Part shown: piece after piece, positions 48,582 to 58,570 of the stretch
How the letters are laid out: each line of letters starts with the position of its first letter
Position numbering within the stretch: position 1 is the first letter of the stretch
Assembly: GCA_039793765.1 (NCBI GenBank)
Contig: JBAMMP010000015.1
Span: forward strand, 2,300-66,299
Length of the DNA stretch: 64,000 nucleotides
From: Sulfolobaceae archaeon
Lineage (GTDB): Archaea > Thermoproteota > Thermoprotei_A > Sulfolobales > Sulfolobaceae
Direction: 5' to 3'
Translations under genes and position numbers: made by a program
The notes under the pieces: model-generated
Told to the model about the DNA's origin: nothing
What the model saw: only the letters and a program-made list of their open reading frames with translations
The model's database searches: none

Positions 48582-49829
48582 ATGAAATACAACATAATTC
48601 TCAAGTTCGAAGTCGACGGTATAGTTGATAGACCAGACGTAATAGGAGCCGTCTTCGGACAGACTGAGAACCTCTTCGGCGAGGACATGGACCTGAGGGA
48701 GCTCCAAGAGAAGGGCAGGATAGGCAGGATGGTAGTGAACCTCAACGTGAAGAACGGCAGGACGGAAGGGGAAGTCATAATCCCTTCGAACGTCGACAGG
48801 ATAGAAACGGCGTTACTCGCCGCCATGGTCGAGAGCGTCGACAAAGTAGGGCCTTATCCAGCTAAGTTCATTCTCGTTAAAATCGAGGACATCAGGGAGG
48901 AAAAGAAGAAGAAGATCATAGAGCGTGCCAAAGAGATCCTGAGCGTATGGGGAAAGGAGGAAACCCTCGACCTGAGGGAAGTGATCAACGAGATAGTGAG
49001 CTCGATTAAGGTAGGGGAGATCATACAGTACGGCCCAGAGAGGCTACCAGCGGGCCCAGACGTGGATAAAGACCCCAACCTGATTATCGTGGAGGGGAGG
49101 GCTGACGTCATTAACCTGCTGAGGTACGGCTACAGGAACACAATAGCGGTCGAGGGAGCTCAGGGCAGGATCCCTGACACAGTGAAGGAATTGTCGAAGC
49201 AGAAGAAGATAGTAATCGCGTTCCTCGACGGCGATCACGGAGGCGACCTAATCCTAAGGGAGATGTTGGCCCAAGGAGTGAAAATAGACTACGTAGCCAG
49301 GGCCCCACCAGGCAGGGAAGTCGAGGAGCTGACTAAGAAGGAGGTGGTGAAGGCCCTCCAGGACATGATACCTCTCGCGCAGTACCTAAAGAGGCTGAAG
49401 GAAGCTAAACCGGTACAAGTAGAGAAGGAGGAAACGGTTTCCCCGGCCCAAGCCCAAGTCCAGGTTCTCGAGGAAGTACAGCAGCCCAAGACCGTCGCCC
49501 CCCAGGTGGCAAAAGAGATTCTAGTCAAGATACCCCAGCAAGTCCTCGAAAAGATAAAGAGTCTAAGTGGCACTCTGGAGGGCTTCTTCTACGACGAGAA
49601 CTGGAACGAGGTGGCTTCAGTTCAGGTGAGAGAAATAGTCAGCAGGCTTGAGAACCTAGAGAAGGATAAAGTGGCTTACATCGTGTTCGACGGAGTCATC
49701 ACGCAGAGGCTCGTCGATCTCGCGGCATCCAAGAACGTAAAAATACTGATAGGCTCCAGGATAGGAGGCGTTACTAAGAAGCCGGAAAACGTCGAGTTGC
49801 TGACGATCACTGACCTGCTCACCGCTTGA
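48582..49829 (+). CDS. dnaG: Archaeal DnaG primase-like protein (Toprim; exosome-associated type)
   Basis: 415 aa. Contains VIGAVFGQTENLFG, and the Toprim motifs IIVEGRADVINL and FLDGDHGGD. Confidence 0.92.
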   Translation: MKYNIILKFEVDGIVDRPDVIGAVFGQTENLFGEDMDLRELQEKGRIGRMVVNLNVKNGRTEGEVIIPSNVDRIETALLAAMVESVDKVGPYPAKFILVKIEDIREEKKKKIIERAKEILSVWGKEETLDLREVINEIVSSIKVGEIIQYGPERLPAGPDVDKDPNLIIVEGRADVINLLRYGYRNTIAVEGAQGRIPDTVKELSKQKKIVIAFLDGDHGGDLILREMLAQGVKIDYVARAPPGREVEELTKKEVVKALQDMIPLAQYLKRLKEAKPVQVEKEETVSPAQAQVQVLEEVQQPKTVAPQVAKEILVKIPQQVLEKIKSLSGTLEGFFYDENWNEVASVQVREIVSRLENLEKDKVAYIVFDGVITQRLVDLAASKNVKILIGSRIGGVTKKPENVELLTITDLLTA

Positions 49830-52170
49830 AGAAGGACAGTATATCAGTCCCTCCGGTCGTTTTAAGGGAGCTTTCTTTTATTCCGAACCTCTCCAAGATC
49901 CTCATAGCCGCTGGAACGATTTGTTTGTCCACGTAGTACTCCACGTCGATTCTCGACTTGTCCTTGACCAAGAAGTAGGGCTCCGCCCTGTCTGAGAGCT
50001 TTCCAGAGCCCTTCACTACGACGTAACCGATCTTCGTGCCCTTCGTCACTAGGTAACCGCTCTTCATAGCTTTCTTTGCCGCAACGACGTGCGGAGCGTC
50101 CACGTCGTACTCGTTCAAGTCCTTGTCCAAGGACTTCCAGATAATCAGATCCTCGAGCTTGAACTCCCCCCTCCTCAGCTTCATTATCGTTTCCTTGACG
50201 TACTTAACGGCCTCGTCCACCTTGTCCGTCATCAAGATCTTCTCAATCACCACCCTCTGCACTTCCTTAGCTAAATCGCACCAATCGCCCCTCACCGCCT
50301 CGAAGCCGACTATGTCCACTTTCCCGTCTTCGGTCAGGCCCGCATAGCGCTTCTTGTTCTCCGTGAAGAAGACCTTCTTGTAGACCTTGTCTACCTTGAT
50401 CTCGAGGTCGAACTTGGACGTGATCGCCTTCACCAGCTCGTCTACGTTCTTACCGCCCTTCACGAACATGGAGTCCGTGTCGCCGTACACGACCGTGAAC
50501 CCCATGGACTTAGCGATCTCCGCGGCCTCGCTGATGGTCTTCCTCCCCCAGGCAGTGACGGCCTCCGCGCCCTCTTTAGAGTACCACCTCGCCCCCAGCC
50601 AGCCCATGTAGCCGTAGAACGTGTTGGCTAGGATCTTCAAAGCCTTCTGCCTCTCCTCGTAAATTCTCCTCTCGTACTCGTCCTTCGCGCTCTCCATGAG
50701 CTTCTTGACGGCCTTCCTCTCGTCGACTAGCTTCTTCAGGACTTGCTTGTAGAACCCTGGGGGTTCCTTCCTGAACTTGTGGCCCACGAACGGGGCTACG
50801 TAACAGTCCTCACACTCTCCCCCAACCAGCGTGTCTGGGCCCACGTTATACTTTATCATGATCGAGGGGTACATCGAGGAGAAGTCCAGGACATAAACGT
50901 CGTGGTGAATTCCTGGCAAAGGCTCGAAGACCATCCCTCCCTCATAACCCTCGTACTCCCTCTCCTCCTTGTTCGGGACGAGCTCGTTGAACTTGAAGGC
51001 CTCCCTTATGAGCAACCACTCGACCCTGTTGCCCATGCTGGCCATCGCGAGCTGGTCTAGGGGTAGCCCTGTTATCCTCGAGAGTTCTATCCCGAACGGT
51101 ACGAACACGTCGCCGAGCAGGTAGGTGCTCTTGGCGTCGTCGGCGTTGTACTTAAGTAGGGTCTGCCTCTTCTCCTTATCGTCCCAGTACTTGGGGATGT
51201 CGTACCACTCTATAAGCACCCTTTCCGACTTCTTCATCACGCCCAAGTAGTCCGCAACGTTGTCCAGGCTCTTCACCTTGACCTCGGCTATGTACCTAAC
51301 GAAGCCCATGAGGTCTACGTGGAGCCTGCCCGAGATAGAGTAATGGCCGTAAACTCCCTGGTTGGGCTCAGAGTTCGGCCTTCTCCCTATATCGAGCCTG
51401 ATTCCGTTAGCCCTGGCCCTCTCGCGTAAGTAAGGAAAGTCAAACCCGCTACTGTTATAACCTAGGATTATGTCCGGGTCGTAACTCTGCACGTATTCGA
51501 CGAACTTCTTGATCGCGTCCTTTTCTGAGGTCTCACTTACGAACTGCTTCAGCCCTTCTTCCGACCACACTCCGATAATTATTACCGGATCCCTCCTGGG
51601 GTTCGGCGCGCCATACTTGTTGTAGACCTCGATGTCGAAGGCGAGCGTCCTCAACTTGGGAGGCCTTAGGTTTAGGTCCCTCCCCAGGATCTTGACGAGT
51701 CTGTAGACTTTGCTCACCCTCAGCTTCTCGGAGTTCTGCATTTCCTCGACTTCGGCCCTTATCCACGTGAACGGTCTCACGTCGTTGTCAATGGCGTACC
51801 TCATCGCGAACCTTATGTCAGCCTCGAGAACTGCCTTGACGCCCTCGATTTTGGCGACCTCTTCCCTGTAAGTCCTTACCAGCGCTGGGACGACGGTCAC
51901 GATCTTGAGCACTTTCACTGGCTTCCCGTAGTAGTTCCTCGTCACCGGAGTAACTTCAATTATGGGCGACGAGGGCTTGCTGAGCTTCTTGACCTTCGAT
52001 ACTATCTCTTGCTCGTTCGACTCGTCTATGACAGCGTAAAAGTACGGCCTGAACTCGGTCTCTATGAGGGCTACCCTGTTCCCCGACTCGTCTATCGCCC
52101 ACAGGTACACCCAGGGCTTCTGCTCCTCAATGTCGTAAGAGAAGTCAAGAATGTAGAAGTTAGCTTCCAT
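49819..52170 (-). CDS. Family B DNA polymerase (PolB3/Dpo3-type by size and neighbourhood)
   Basis: 783 aa. Exo I is LAFDIEVY, Pol A region is DFSSMYPSI, and Pol C is VVYGDTDSMFV. Adjacency to dnaG matches Sulfolobus dpo3. Confidence 0.9.
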   Translation of the reverse strand: MEANFYILDFSYDIEEQKPWVYLWAIDESGNRVALIETEFRPYFYAVIDESNEQEIVSKVKKLSKPSSPIIEVTPVTRNYYGKPVKVLKIVTVVPALVRTYREEVAKIEGVKAVLEADIRFAMRYAIDNDVRPFTWIRAEVEEMQNSEKLRVSKVYRLVKILGRDLNLRPPKLRTLAFDIEVYNKYGAPNPRRDPVIIIGVWSEEGLKQFVSETSEKDAIKKFVEYVQSYDPDIILGYNSSGFDFPYLRERARANGIRLDIGRRPNSEPNQGVYGHYSISGRLHVDLMGFVRYIAEVKVKSLDNVADYLGVMKKSERVLIEWYDIPKYWDDKEKRQTLLKYNADDAKSTYLLGDVFVPFGIELSRITGLPLDQLAMASMGNRVEWLLIREAFKFNELVPNKEEREYEGYEGGMVFEPLPGIHHDVYVLDFSSMYPSIMIKYNVGPDTLVGGECEDCYVAPFVGHKFRKEPPGFYKQVLKKLVDERKAVKKLMESAKDEYERRIYEERQKALKILANTFYGYMGWLGARWYSKEGAEAVTAWGRKTISEAAEIAKSMGFTVVYGDTDSMFVKGGKNVDELVKAITSKFDLEIKVDKVYKKVFFTENKKRYAGLTEDGKVDIVGFEAVRGDWCDLAKEVQRVVIEKILMTDKVDEAVKYVKETIMKLRRGEFKLEDLIIWKSLDKDLNEYDVDAPHVVAAKKAMKSGYLVTKGTKIGYVVVKGSGKLSDRAEPYFLVKDKSRIDVEYYVDKQIVPAAMRILERFGIKESSLKTTGGTDILSFFKR

Positions 52171-52178
52171 TAGGTAAT

Positions 52179-52637
52179 TTACTCGAAGCCGTCGGTATAA
52201 TTTTTAGCAGGCTTAATCATGAGCAGGGCGTGCTCGTTCTTAGAGTAATACGACTTAAGGAACCTGACCGCGAGGTATCCAGAAGCGAAGTAGAACTTCT
52301 TGGCCTCCCAGTTCACCGAAGTCTCCAGGACGAAGTACTTGGCACCCAGCTTGACCAGCCTGGACTCGAGCTCCTCGAGTAACGCCCTTCCAATTCCTTT
52401 CCTCCTGTACTCCTTAAGGACAGCGATCGAGACCACGTGACCTACGAAGCCCCACTGCAGAACTCCTACCGCGTAACCTACGACCTTCCCGTCGTCCTTG
52501 GCTACGACGAAAGTCTCAGGAGTCATGATCAAGTAGAACTTGAGGAGGCCCTTCGGGTAAGGCCTTTCGAAGCTGTTGACCTCGACTTCGTAAATCCCGT
52601 CCAAGTCCTCTGGCCTCGCGTCAGTTATAATTATCAA
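52179..52637 (-). CDS. GNAT N-acetyltransferase (RimI/Ard1-like)
   Basis: 152 aa. Acetyl-CoA motif YRRKGIGRALLEEL. Confidence 0.85.
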   Translation of the reverse strand: MIIITDARPEDLDGIYEVEVNSFERPYPKGLLKFYLIMTPETFVVAKDDGKVVGYAVGVLQWGFVGHVVSIAVLKEYRRKGIGRALLEELESRLVKLGAKYFVLETSVNWEAKKFYFASGYLAVRFLKSYYSKNEHALLMIKPAKNYTDGFE

Positions 52638-52656
52638 GCCGTTTTACCTCCACGCG

Positions 52657-53685
52657 TTGAAGATCCTTGAGTGGGATGAGAAGCACGGAATTATGAGGGT
52701 TCACGTGGACAACGAGGACGACCTTTGGACGTTAGGGCTTATCCTGGAGAAGGGCGACGAGGTGATAGCTAGGACAACGAGGGACGTGAGTGTCGGGAAG
52801 GAGAGCCGAAGGGTTCCGATGACGGTTAAGCTTAGGGTTGAAAGGACGGAGTTCCAGGTCTTCACCAACAGGCTCAGGATTTTGGGCGTAATAGAGGAAG
52901 CCCCGGAGAGGTTCGGGATCCAGGGGTCTCACCACACAGTCAACGTAGACGTCGGGGACGACATAGTGATAATAAAGAAGGAGTGGAGCAAGTTTGCCCT
53001 GAACAAAATCAAGAGGCAGGCAGAGCCCAGGGTTAAAGTTCTCCTGGCGTTGGTCGACTACGACGAGCTCCTCATAGCAATGCCGTTCGCTCAAGGAGTC
53101 AAGGTGCTCGCGGAGAGGTCTTTGAGGACTCCGAGCAAGAACGAGCCAGAGGTCATCGAGGAGAACGCAGAGGAGGCCGTGAAGGAAATCGAGGCTTACG
53201 CGAAGACTTACGGAGTAGAGGCCGTCGTCGTGGCGGGTCCTGGACCTTTCAAAGAGACTGTGGCCAAGTCAATCAAGGGGGTCAAGGTCTACGTGGACAG
53301 CGTCTCCTCCGCGAACAGGAGCGGACTGAACGAGCTACTCAGGAGGGACATCATAGACAAGGTGATGAGGGATTACGAGCTGGTGGCTGAGGCTAGGGTT
53401 TTGGACAAGGTGCTGGAACACATCTCAAAAGGTGACGGATTAGCCGTTTATGGCGTAGAGGAGGTGAAGGAGGCGGCGGAAATGGGCGCAGTCTCCGACT
53501 TACTCGTCTCGGAAGACCTCCTGATTACGGAGGACGAGGAGCTGAGGAAAACCGTGGAAGAGGTGATGAACAGGGTGGAAGAGACTTCCGGCAAGACCTG
53601 GATAGTCCCGAGGGAGAGCGAGATTTACCATCAGGTTAAGAGCCTCACTGGCATAATAGGCCTCCTCAGGTTCAGGATTCGGTGA
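52657..53685 (+). CDS. pelA: Pelota (mRNA surveillance / ribosome rescue factor)
   Basis: 342 aa with a TTG start. Contains MKILEWDEKHGIMRVHVDNEDDLWTLGLIL and an eRF1-like domain layout. Confidence 0.9.
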   Translation: MKILEWDEKHGIMRVHVDNEDDLWTLGLILEKGDEVIARTTRDVSVGKESRRVPMTVKLRVERTEFQVFTNRLRILGVIEEAPERFGIQGSHHTVNVDVGDDIVIIKKEWSKFALNKIKRQAEPRVKVLLALVDYDELLIAMPFAQGVKVLAERSLRTPSKNEPEVIEENAEEAVKEIEAYAKTYGVEAVVVAGPGPFKETVAKSIKGVKVYVDSVSSANRSGLNELLRRDIIDKVMRDYELVAEARVLDKVLEHISKGDGLAVYGVEEVKEAAEMGAVSDLLVSEDLLITEDEELRKTVEEVMNRVEETSGKTWIVPRESEIYHQVKSLTGIIGLLRFRIR

Positions 53686-54694
53686 CCTTTAAGGAGCTTG
53701 GGTACATCTCGACGACTTTCACTTCGTCGACCTCGAACTTCGACCTTATTTCCTCCAGCAGGCTGGGGCTAACTACGTAGGCGTCCCCCTCCTTAATCCC
53801 GTAGTCCGAGAGGTCTGCTTTACTTTTCACTATGGCCCTAACCACAGTGCCCTCAGGGTTGAGGTCCTCGAACGGGTAGGAGCTAACCTTGAAGGTTCTT
53901 ATGAACCTGTTCCTGGTCTCCACGATGTCTTTATAGATGGAAGTGCAGTAGTGAAGGCTGAGGCTCTCGTCTTCGTAAGCCCTCATGATCGACAGGGCTA
54001 AACTGTGGCTCATGGAGTTCCCCGCCAGTCCGTGATCTGCCTCAAGCCCTTTGGCCCTCAGGAAGGGAGCGTTCCTGGGCGTTATCTCCAGCTCGTTTAT
54101 GTTCACGAAGCTAACTCCGAGAGATTTGGCCCTCTGTATGAGAGAGTTGAAGTCGAAGTCCTCAATCGCTGGGACTTCCAAGCCAGTCTTGAGCCCCAGC
54201 TTGACGGCGTTCTCCACGGCCCGCCAGTATACCTCCCTTACAGGGTGGAACCTGATCTCGTCCAGCCCCACCCTTTTCAACTCCCTTAGGGCGTCTAAGT
54301 TAGCGTACCTTCCGGAGGTGTAGAGGTGTACGTGGAAGTCCGGCCCGAAAAACTCCTTGAAGGTCGTTATAAGGTCGACTACCTTCTCGAAAGCTAAGAT
54401 AGGGTCGCCCCCGGTTATCCCGGCCCCCATGGCGCCCATCCTGTAGGCTTCCTGAAGGTAGTCCTCCACGGACTTGGCCGGCCTCTCGTTGGCGAAACTC
54501 ACGGGTTTCCCGAACCGTTCGAAGCTGACCGGACAGTAGTAGCAGTCGTCGCCGCATTCGCCGGTAACGTAAACAACTAGTTTACCTCCTAACCTACACA
54601 GCTCGCAACCTTTAGGCAAGTCCCTGTTGTAAAGCCCTGTTTCTGGGTTTCCCTTCAGCAACTTGTAATCCTGAAGAGCTGAACCTATTAACAA
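53672..54694 (-). CDS. Radical SAM protein (PflA-activase-related, uncharacterised archaeal family)
   Basis: 340 aa. Contains the CGDDCYYCPVS (CxxxCxxC) cluster preceded by CELCRLGGK, plus GGDP. Confidence 0.85.
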   Translation of the reverse strand: MLIGSALQDYKLLKGNPETGLYNRDLPKGCELCRLGGKLVVYVTGECGDDCYYCPVSFERFGKPVSFANERPAKSVEDYLQEAYRMGAMGAGITGGDPILAFEKVVDLITTFKEFFGPDFHVHLYTSGRYANLDALRELKRVGLDEIRFHPVREVYWRAVENAVKLGLKTGLEVPAIEDFDFNSLIQRAKSLGVSFVNINELEITPRNAPFLRAKGLEADHGLAGNSMSHSLALSIMRAYEDESLSLHYCTSIYKDIVETRNRFIRTFKVSSYPFEDLNPEGTVVRAIVKSKADLSDYGIKEGDAYVVSPSLLEEIRSKFEVDEVKVVEMYPSSLKVTES

Positions 54695-54700
54695 CTATCC

Positions 54701-55225
54701 CTAACAGGCGTTAGTCTCCTTAGACAGCTGCCTGAGCCTTTCCTCTATGACGTCCCTTGCTCTTTCGTCTCTTACCTCGACTAAGAGGTTACACAGCTGT
54801 CTAACGGCGTCTTCCTCGCCTAGAGGCAGGTTGGCCTGAAGCTTCATTCCTCCCTCAGCACCTCCCTCCGGGTAGTACCAGTCCTTGAACCACGTGAAAC
54901 CTGCCTGCAAAAGGGCGAGCCCCAAGGGCGTCTCTACGGGATGAAAGCCCTTCGAAAGCCTTTCGAAGGTTTCCCTGTCCTTAACGTAAACTACGAAGAG
55001 CCTCCCGCCAGGGCCCAGCTCTTTAGCTAAGCTCACGAACAGTTCCTGCTCCTTTCCCTCCTTCCTTGGCCAAGAGTCGTAGATAACCTCTATCCACTTG
55101 GGATAGAAAGGAGGCCTTCCGTGGAAGTAGAAAGCCCTCCCCACCGTCCTCCCTTCAAACAACATGTCGCAGACTTCCAACTCCTTCAGGTTCTCCTTCC
55201 TGCAGTTAACGAACCTGACGCTCAT
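54701..55225 (-). CDS. Hypothetical protein (174 aa), operonic with the NTase and radical SAM genes
   Basis: ORF only. A 20-nt overlap with the upstream NTase gene and a 6-nt gap to the downstream radical SAM gene. Confidence 0.55.
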   Translation of the reverse strand: MSVRFVNCRKENLKELEVCDMLFEGRTVGRAFYFHGRPPFYPKWIEVIYDSWPRKEGKEQELFVSLAKELGPGGRLFVVYVKDRETFERLSKGFHPVETPLGLALLQAGFTWFKDWYYPEGGAEGGMKLQANLPLGEEDAVRQLCNLLVEVRDERARDVIEERLRQLSKETNAC

Positions 55226-55877
55226 CCATGACCCTCCTGAAGAACTTGTTGTTCTTATACAACGACCTAACTGCCTCGAGAACGCTCTCGTTGCCAGAAA
55301 GTTCGTACTTCAAGAAGACCCCAGTCCTCCCTATTTCCTCCCTCCTGGTCAGCAACCTTTCCCTCTGCAGGATCGTGTCTATGCTGATGCCGAGGTACTT
55401 AGCTGCCAGGTCTTCGTTACCCTTCAGTGGCATCTCCACGTGGCCCCTCTCGGTGGGAATGATTAAAAACAAGTCCTTGTTGACTCCCGGCACTCTGACG
55501 TTCTTTAGGAGGCCCTCGTAATCGAGCTTACCGCCGAAGCTGAAGAACTCGACTTCATCCCTTGCGAGCTTAGCCAGGGGGAAAGTAATGACCTGGGTCT
55601 CTTCGGGATCAAGAGAGAGGTAAGCCTTCGGGGTCGAGCGGGGCGTTGCCTGAACGATGAGCTTGTGGTCGACCTCGAGCAAGTCCAATTTCAGGACGTC
55701 TGGATCAAAGACCACGACGTCGACGTCACTGTCCTCCCTCACGTCACCCCTGGCCACTGAGCCGTAGACGTAAACTTCCCTCATGCCGAGCCTCAAGACC
55801 ATTTCCATTAACCGCTTCGCTACCTCCCTCTTCCTCCTCAGGAGCTCCCAGTGAGCGTCGCTGTAAATTACTTCCAC
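55206..55877 (-). CDS. Pol-beta-superfamily nucleotidyltransferase domain protein
   Basis: 223 aa. The NTase signature VYVYGSVARGDVREDSDVDVVVF (GS...DxD) is followed by an extra domain of about 130 aa. Confidence 0.8.
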   Translation of the reverse strand: MEVIYSDAHWELLRRKREVAKRLMEMVLRLGMREVYVYGSVARGDVREDSDVDVVVFDPDVLKLDLLEVDHKLIVQATPRSTPKAYLSLDPEETQVITFPLAKLARDEVEFFSFGGKLDYEGLLKNVRVPGVNKDLFLIIPTERGHVEMPLKGNEDLAAKYLGISIDTILQRERLLTRREEIGRTGVFLKYELSGNESVLEAVRSLYKNNKFFRRVMDERQVR

Positions 55878-55915
55878 GGAAGTTAAATAGGAATGGCCGA
55901 GGAATATCAGTTAGC

Positions 55916-56974
55916 TTGAACGCGATCGAGTTCTTCGTGGCAGCTGCAACAGCTTGGGGGATCGTCTACGTAGTAATGTTCCTATACAAGGACAAGTTGA
56001 AGTCCAAGGGGGTGACGTTCTACCCCTTCTTCATAATGCTCAGGAAGGACGCGAGGTCTGAGTGGTTCCCGAGGATTTCGAAGAGTAAGTTCTACAGGGC
56101 TCTTGAGTGGGTTTTCGTCGTCATATCGTTCGTCTCAGCGGGTTTGGGCTTCCTACTACTCGGAGAAGCCATCTACTCTAAGTATTTCGCACCCCCTGGA
56201 ACTGTGGGAGCCGCGATTACTCCAATAATACCAGGAGTCACGACACCTTTGGCTCAAGCTCCTTACATACTACTCGCGATAGCGATCGCCGCGACCGTTC
56301 ACGAGCTGATGCATGCTATGTCGGCGACTTCGAACGGGATTAAGGTGAAAGGCGGAGGAGTCCTGCTGCTTTTCATTTTCCCAGGGGCTTTCGTGGAGCC
56401 CGACGAGGAGGAGTACAAGAAAGCTGACAGGTTCAAGAGGATTAAGGTCGTGGCTGCGGGTATCGGGATAAACTTCGTCTTAGGACTCGCTTTCCTTGCA
56501 TTACTGACCTACGCTATTCCGGCCATGTCTCAAGGGGCCCTGATTACAGGACTCGTCAAGGACTACCCCGCATACAACGCCTCCGTGCCGGTTGGTGCTG
56601 TCATTGTCAACATAAACGGTCATACGGTCACGAGTCCCGATCAGGTCGATCAACTCTTGAGCAGAACCGAACCGAACAACGTGACCTTCCTAGTAAACGG
56701 GACTCTTCTAACGAAAACCATTCCAACCCCAGTAGGCAAACTAGGAGTCTACCTCACGTATTACTTCCCCTCACCCGTAGAACAGGGCTTAGCTTACTTC
56801 GCAACTTGGATGTACATTGTCAACTTCAGCTTGGCAGTACTTAACGCGCTACCGTTGTTCATAACCGATGGAACCAAACTGTTCGCGGAACTAGTCGGCG
56901 AAAAGGGACAAAAGGCGATGATGTACGTGAGTGGAGGAGTCCTGTTAATGCTACTGATGGCGTTGAGCCTGTAA
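55916..56974 (+). CDS. Site-2 protease family (M50) membrane metalloprotease with PDZ-like insert
   Basis: 352 aa. Contains HELMHAM (HExxH) in a TM helix and LNALPLFITDG (the NxxPxxxxDG motif). Confidence 0.88.
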   Translation: MNAIEFFVAAATAWGIVYVVMFLYKDKLKSKGVTFYPFFIMLRKDARSEWFPRISKSKFYRALEWVFVVISFVSAGLGFLLLGEAIYSKYFAPPGTVGAAITPIIPGVTTPLAQAPYILLAIAIAATVHELMHAMSATSNGIKVKGGGVLLLFIFPGAFVEPDEEEYKKADRFKRIKVVAAGIGINFVLGLAFLALLTYAIPAMSQGALITGLVKDYPAYNASVPVGAVIVNINGHTVTSPDQVDQLLSRTEPNNVTFLVNGTLLTKTIPTPVGKLGVYLTYYFPSPVEQGLAYFATWMYIVNFSLAVLNALPLFITDGTKLFAELVGEKGQKAMMYVSGGVLLMLLMALSL

Positions 56975-56976
56975 GC

Positions 56977-58461
56977 TCAGTCCTCCTCGTAGGCCCTCCT
57001 GCTCAGTATGGGGAACGGCAGGACTTCCTTAATGCTGTAGTTGTTCGTGATCAGCATGACGACCCTGTCTATTCCGACTCCTAGACCTCCTGTGGGAGGC
57101 ATGCCGTAACTTATCGCCCTCACGAAGTCCTTGTCGTACGGGTGGGCTTCCTCGTCGCCTCTCCTGAACATCTCCTGCTCCTCCCTGAAGAACTTGTCCT
57201 GAAGCACAGGATCGTTGAGCTCTGTGTAGGCGTTGGCGATCTCCATCCCTGCTATGTAGAGCTCGAACCTCTCCACTAGCCCGGGCTTGCTCCTGTGCGG
57301 CTTACACAGAGGGGTGGTCTCGACTGGGTAATCCGTTATGAAAGTGGGCTGTTCGAGCTTGGGCGTAACCAGCTTGTCGAACAGCTTCTCGATCATTAGA
57401 CCCCTCACGTACAGGTTGCCCCTGGGCTTCAGGCCGTACTTGTCCAGGAGGGATCTCAGCTCGTCGTCGCTGACGCTCTCCACGTTCTTGCCTAACTCGT
57501 TCGACAAAGCGTCGTACATGCTGATCCTCTTGAACCTCTGCGAGAAATCGAGCTCGATGGGCTTACCGGTCGCGTCGTACTTCACCTTAGTTGTTCCCAA
57601 AGTCTTCTCGACGGCGTAGCGTAACATGTCCTCGGTCAAGTCCATGATGTCGTTGTAATCGGCGTAAGCCCAATAGAGCTCCAACATGGTGAACTCGGGG
57701 TTGTGAGTAACGTCGATGTCCTCGTTCCTGAAGACCTTACCTATTTCGAACACCTTGTTGAAGCCGCCGACGATGAACCTCTTCAGGTAAAGCTCCAGGG
57801 AAATCCTCAGGTACCACTCCTCGTTCAGGTAATTAATCTTGGTCTTGAAAGGTCTAGCCAATGCACCGCCGTAAACTGGTTGAAGGACGGGGGTCTCGAC
57901 CTCGACGAAACCCTTAGAGTATAGGAACTCCCTGATGTGCCTTATTAAGGCGAACCTGACTTCCATGTTCCTCCTCGCCTTGTCGTTGTACAGGAAGTCA
58001 ACGTAACGCCTCGCATAGCGGAACTCTGGGGACAAGGAAGACCAGTCGGGCGGCTCAATGAGGGCTTTCGCTAGCATCGCGTAATCCTTAACTAACAAGG
58101 ATAGTTCTCCTCTCTTAGTGAAGAAGAGGTCTCCCGTCACGCCGATTATGTCGCCCCTGCCGAAGGTCTCGAAAAACTTGTCGTACATATCGCCCAACTC
58201 GTTGACCCTCAGAACTAGCTGAAGCCTTTCCCCCTCGTCAAATATGTCGACGAAGGCCAACTTCCCTTGCCTTCTGATGTTGGCAATCCTTCCAGCCGTC
58301 CTTACGTCCTTGACGAAGGGATCCTGGGGCTTGTCCTGGAGGTTACCGTATTTCTCCCTGATCTCCTTAACGCTCATCGTGATTTCGAACTTAGGCGGGT
58401 ACGGATTAACGCCCGTCTGTCTCAGCCTCTCGAGAACCTCGAGCCTGTGTTTGTCCCACAT
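56977..58461 (-). CDS. lysS: Lysyl-tRNA synthetase, class II
   Basis: 494 aa. Has an N-terminal OB-fold block and class II motifs ([30 protein letters not shown]). Confidence 0.93.
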   Translation of the reverse strand: MWDKHRLEVLERLRQTGVNPYPPKFEITMSVKEIREKYGNLQDKPQDPFVKDVRTAGRIANIRRQGKLAFVDIFDEGERLQLVLRVNELGDMYDKFFETFGRGDIIGVTGDLFFTKRGELSLLVKDYAMLAKALIEPPDWSSLSPEFRYARRYVDFLYNDKARRNMEVRFALIRHIREFLYSKGFVEVETPVLQPVYGGALARPFKTKINYLNEEWYLRISLELYLKRFIVGGFNKVFEIGKVFRNEDIDVTHNPEFTMLELYWAYADYNDIMDLTEDMLRYAVEKTLGTTKVKYDATGKPIELDFSQRFKRISMYDALSNELGKNVESVSDDELRSLLDKYGLKPRGNLYVRGLMIEKLFDKLVTPKLEQPTFITDYPVETTPLCKPHRSKPGLVERFELYIAGMEIANAYTELNDPVLQDKFFREEQEMFRRGDEEAHPYDKDFVRAISYGMPPTGGLGVGIDRVVMLITNNYSIKEVLPFPILSRRAYEED

Positions 58462-58570
58462 GACGTTTCATCCGACACTCTAACGAGAGATGAAGACAAA
58501 ATTAGTTTACCGATCGCGTAAGTTTAATAAGTGTAACCTCGATGTGTAATATGCCCTGATGAACTCTAAT

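Noticed and set aside
54701-55877. NTase plus downstream small protein read as an MNT-HEPN toxin-antitoxin pair.
   Set aside because: The NTase is about twice the size of minimal MNT antitoxins, and the 174-aa partner has no Rx4-6H HEPN motif. The operon continues into a radical SAM gene.
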